This document shows, piece after piece, positions 61,701-64,000 of a stretch of DNA of 64,000 nt (positions are counted from its first letter, which is position 1; every line of letters begins with the position of its first letter). Below the pieces are notes generated by a model, which did no database searches, was not told the DNA's origin, and saw only the letters and a list, made by a program, of their open reading frames with translations. The translations under genes were made by a program, and so were the position numbers. This DNA comes from Ginglymostoma cirratum (lineage: Eukaryota): NCBI GenBank assembly GCA_024137785.1, contig JAHRHZ010000081.1, positions 14,838,929 through 14,902,928 on the forward strand. Reading direction: 5' to 3'.

Positions 61701-63479
61701 TTACCAATGATGTCCTTCTGAAAGATTTACAGGTTGAAACTCAACCAAACAAACATATGTTTGACCATATGAAGTGGGTCTCAACCCGGGAACTTATGAT
61801 TCAGAAGCAGAGCATTACTCATTGTGCTAAAAGACCCTCAAAATAGATAACGCTAACTACTTTTTAAAACGATGCAAAGAAAAACAACTCTTGAAGGCTT
61901 TGAAATAAATTTGCCCTTTTCTCCCAATCCTTGTTTTTCCTTTGAGCTTATATGACTTATTAATTGCCACTTATTTAAAAGAAAACATAAATATGTTTGA
62001 ATTCGAGTCCCACAGTGTCATGAATTTGGTTTGTGGGCTGATGGGTGTTTAATGATAGTGTGGAACAGATGAGAATTACAAGGTGCCAGCTTGACTCTCC
62101 ATAATTGAAGTAGAAAACTCTGATTTAGTATTCTGTGTTAGAATTGAATCACACTTCCTAAACTAAAATTTAAACATATCTGCAAGAGGTGGCAGAGTGC
62201 CATATTTTTGAGGGGTTTAAGACTCTATTCACCTGTTGAGATGACACTTGAACAAACAAGTTTTCTGTGTTGTGGCCAACATTTATTCTTTCAGCATGCA
62301 CTGCAGAAACAGGTTGATGGGGTTCTTGCTGGGTGCATGCTGTTATTGTACTTGTCAGCAAATCAAGCAAACATATTTCAGAAATGGCTTACTAACTGTG
62401 AAGTGCTTTGTGACTTACTGATAGGAATGGGAATTCTTTGTCTTCCCTTCTGCTCCCACCACCCCCTCAATTCAAAAAGTAAACGATATGAGTTTAAAGG
62501 CAAGAACCTTAAATATACATAGCAATACACCTCAGACATGGTGTTTCGAATTGATTTGTAATGGACATGTAATATTGCTGCTTATTTAAACTATTTGCAT
62601 GCTCAGTATTTAAATTTTAAACATTGCACTTCGTAAATACTGTTTACCAGTTTTCTGTGCTCCCCTCCCAAAAATATTGTGTGAAGTCATTGCAATTCGC
62701 AAAACTATCACTTCAGTCAACTAGCCACACCCCAGCACACCAAATGGCCATGGATTACACTAATTTGATCATCCTTCTACAAAGCTGTGTAATGGTGAGA
62801 ATTTGAGTGGAGAATATACATTTCACGTGACTAGGTACAGCAGTTATATTTCTGTTGAAATTAACAACCTGGTCAGTGGTATCAGCCAACACTGAATATT
62901 TTAAAGCCCTTGGGAGTGAACCTCTGGGGAAAAGAGTTTAGTATTTGAACAATGGCCACAGCCTCAATTTGAGGTGCTCCTTATGTTCCATTGTGGAGTA
63001 AGTGGGCAACTCCTCCCAGTCCCATCCTCAACTTGTTGAGGGTTGTCCACATAAAATACAGAGACAGTATGTGTGCAAGGATGTGGAGTTATAGTCCCAG
63101 TTCAGTAGAAGGTTGAAATCTGGGATTTCACGACGTGGGTCATTTGCTAAGTTGTCGGTGACATTTTGATATTTGTGGTCAACAAGGAGATGGTCTTACT
63201 TCTTAGTGACATGTCAGTCTTTAAAAAGCAAGAGTGTATTCCCGATAGGTACATGAGAATTGGCTGGCTGCCTTTTGTCGTTCTGTCCATTTCCAGAGAG
63301 GAAGCATGCAGAGTCCACTGGTATGCAGGAGGCCTTCTTTTACTGATGGGCATCATTGTCCTATCTCTACCCACAACAACATTCCAATTTAAATTTTGAA
63401 ATTATATTAGAACTTTTTGTTTTCAGTGCCCACAAAATGGCTGTTTTCTTTTTGATTTGGTTTAATTTGTTTAATGTAA

Positions 63480-64000
63480 TTCTTCTTGATCAGAGCATTG
63501 AGCATAGGAGTTGGGACCTCATGTTGAGGGTGTACAGGATATTGGTGAGATCAGTTTTGGATTACTGTGTACAGTTCTGATCACCCTGCTATAGGAAGGA
63601 TATTATTAAATTGGAAATGGTGCAGAAAGGATTTACAAGGATGTTACCAGGACTGGAGAGTTTGGGTTAAAGGGAGATGCTGGGGTGAGGTGTGACCTTA
63701 TAGAGGTTTATAAAATCATGATGAGCATGGATAGGTGAATAGCCAAGGTCTTTTCCCTAGGGTAGGAAAATTCAAAAACTAGTGGGCGTAGGTTTAGTGT
63801 GAGAGGAGAAAGATCTAAAAGGAACTCGAGAGGCAACTTTTTCAGACAGAAGGTGGTGCGTTTATGGAATGAACTGCCAGAGGTGGTGGTAGATGCAGGT
63901 ACGGTTACAACATTTAAAAGACATTTAGACAGCTACATGATTATGAATGGTTTAGAGCGACATGGGCTAAACACAGGCAAATGGGATTAGTTTAGTTTGG
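63480..64000 (+). mobile_element. HER1/CR1 3' portion (runs to the window end)
   Basis: IEHRSWDLMLRVYRILVRSVLDYCVQF and GNFFRQKVVRLWNELPEVVVDAGTVTTFKRHLD. Confidence 0.92.

Overview
Repeat-rich eukaryotic DNA, not prokaryotic. The repeat content (HE1/V-SINE, HER1/CR1 LINEs, Deu-domain SINEs, Penelope-like elements) points to a cartilaginous fish, probably a shark; this is inferred from recalled consensus motifs, with no database search. The first ~960 bp look like the 3' end of an unidentified + strand gene. A CpG-island promoter at ~18.73-19.47 kb has six CCAAT boxes, E2F and CDE/CHR-like sites and a first-exon donor at 19170. The remaining ~45 kb appears to be intron plus at most a few non-coding or uORF exons of that gene, and no host protein could be identified. 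Almost all listed ORFs are retroelement fragments or noise. The most notable structures are: (1) many Penelope-like insertions from at least three families, built as inverted twins of the element 3' end, carrying minimal hammerhead ribozyme cores and mostly flanked by 11-16 bp target duplications; (2) a CR1/Jockey-group LINE whose 5' end is a tRNA-like SINE head, with the local SINE equal to that LINE's head plus tail; (3) a non-autonomous family carrying a GC-rich VNTR; (4) a near-consensus CTCF site.
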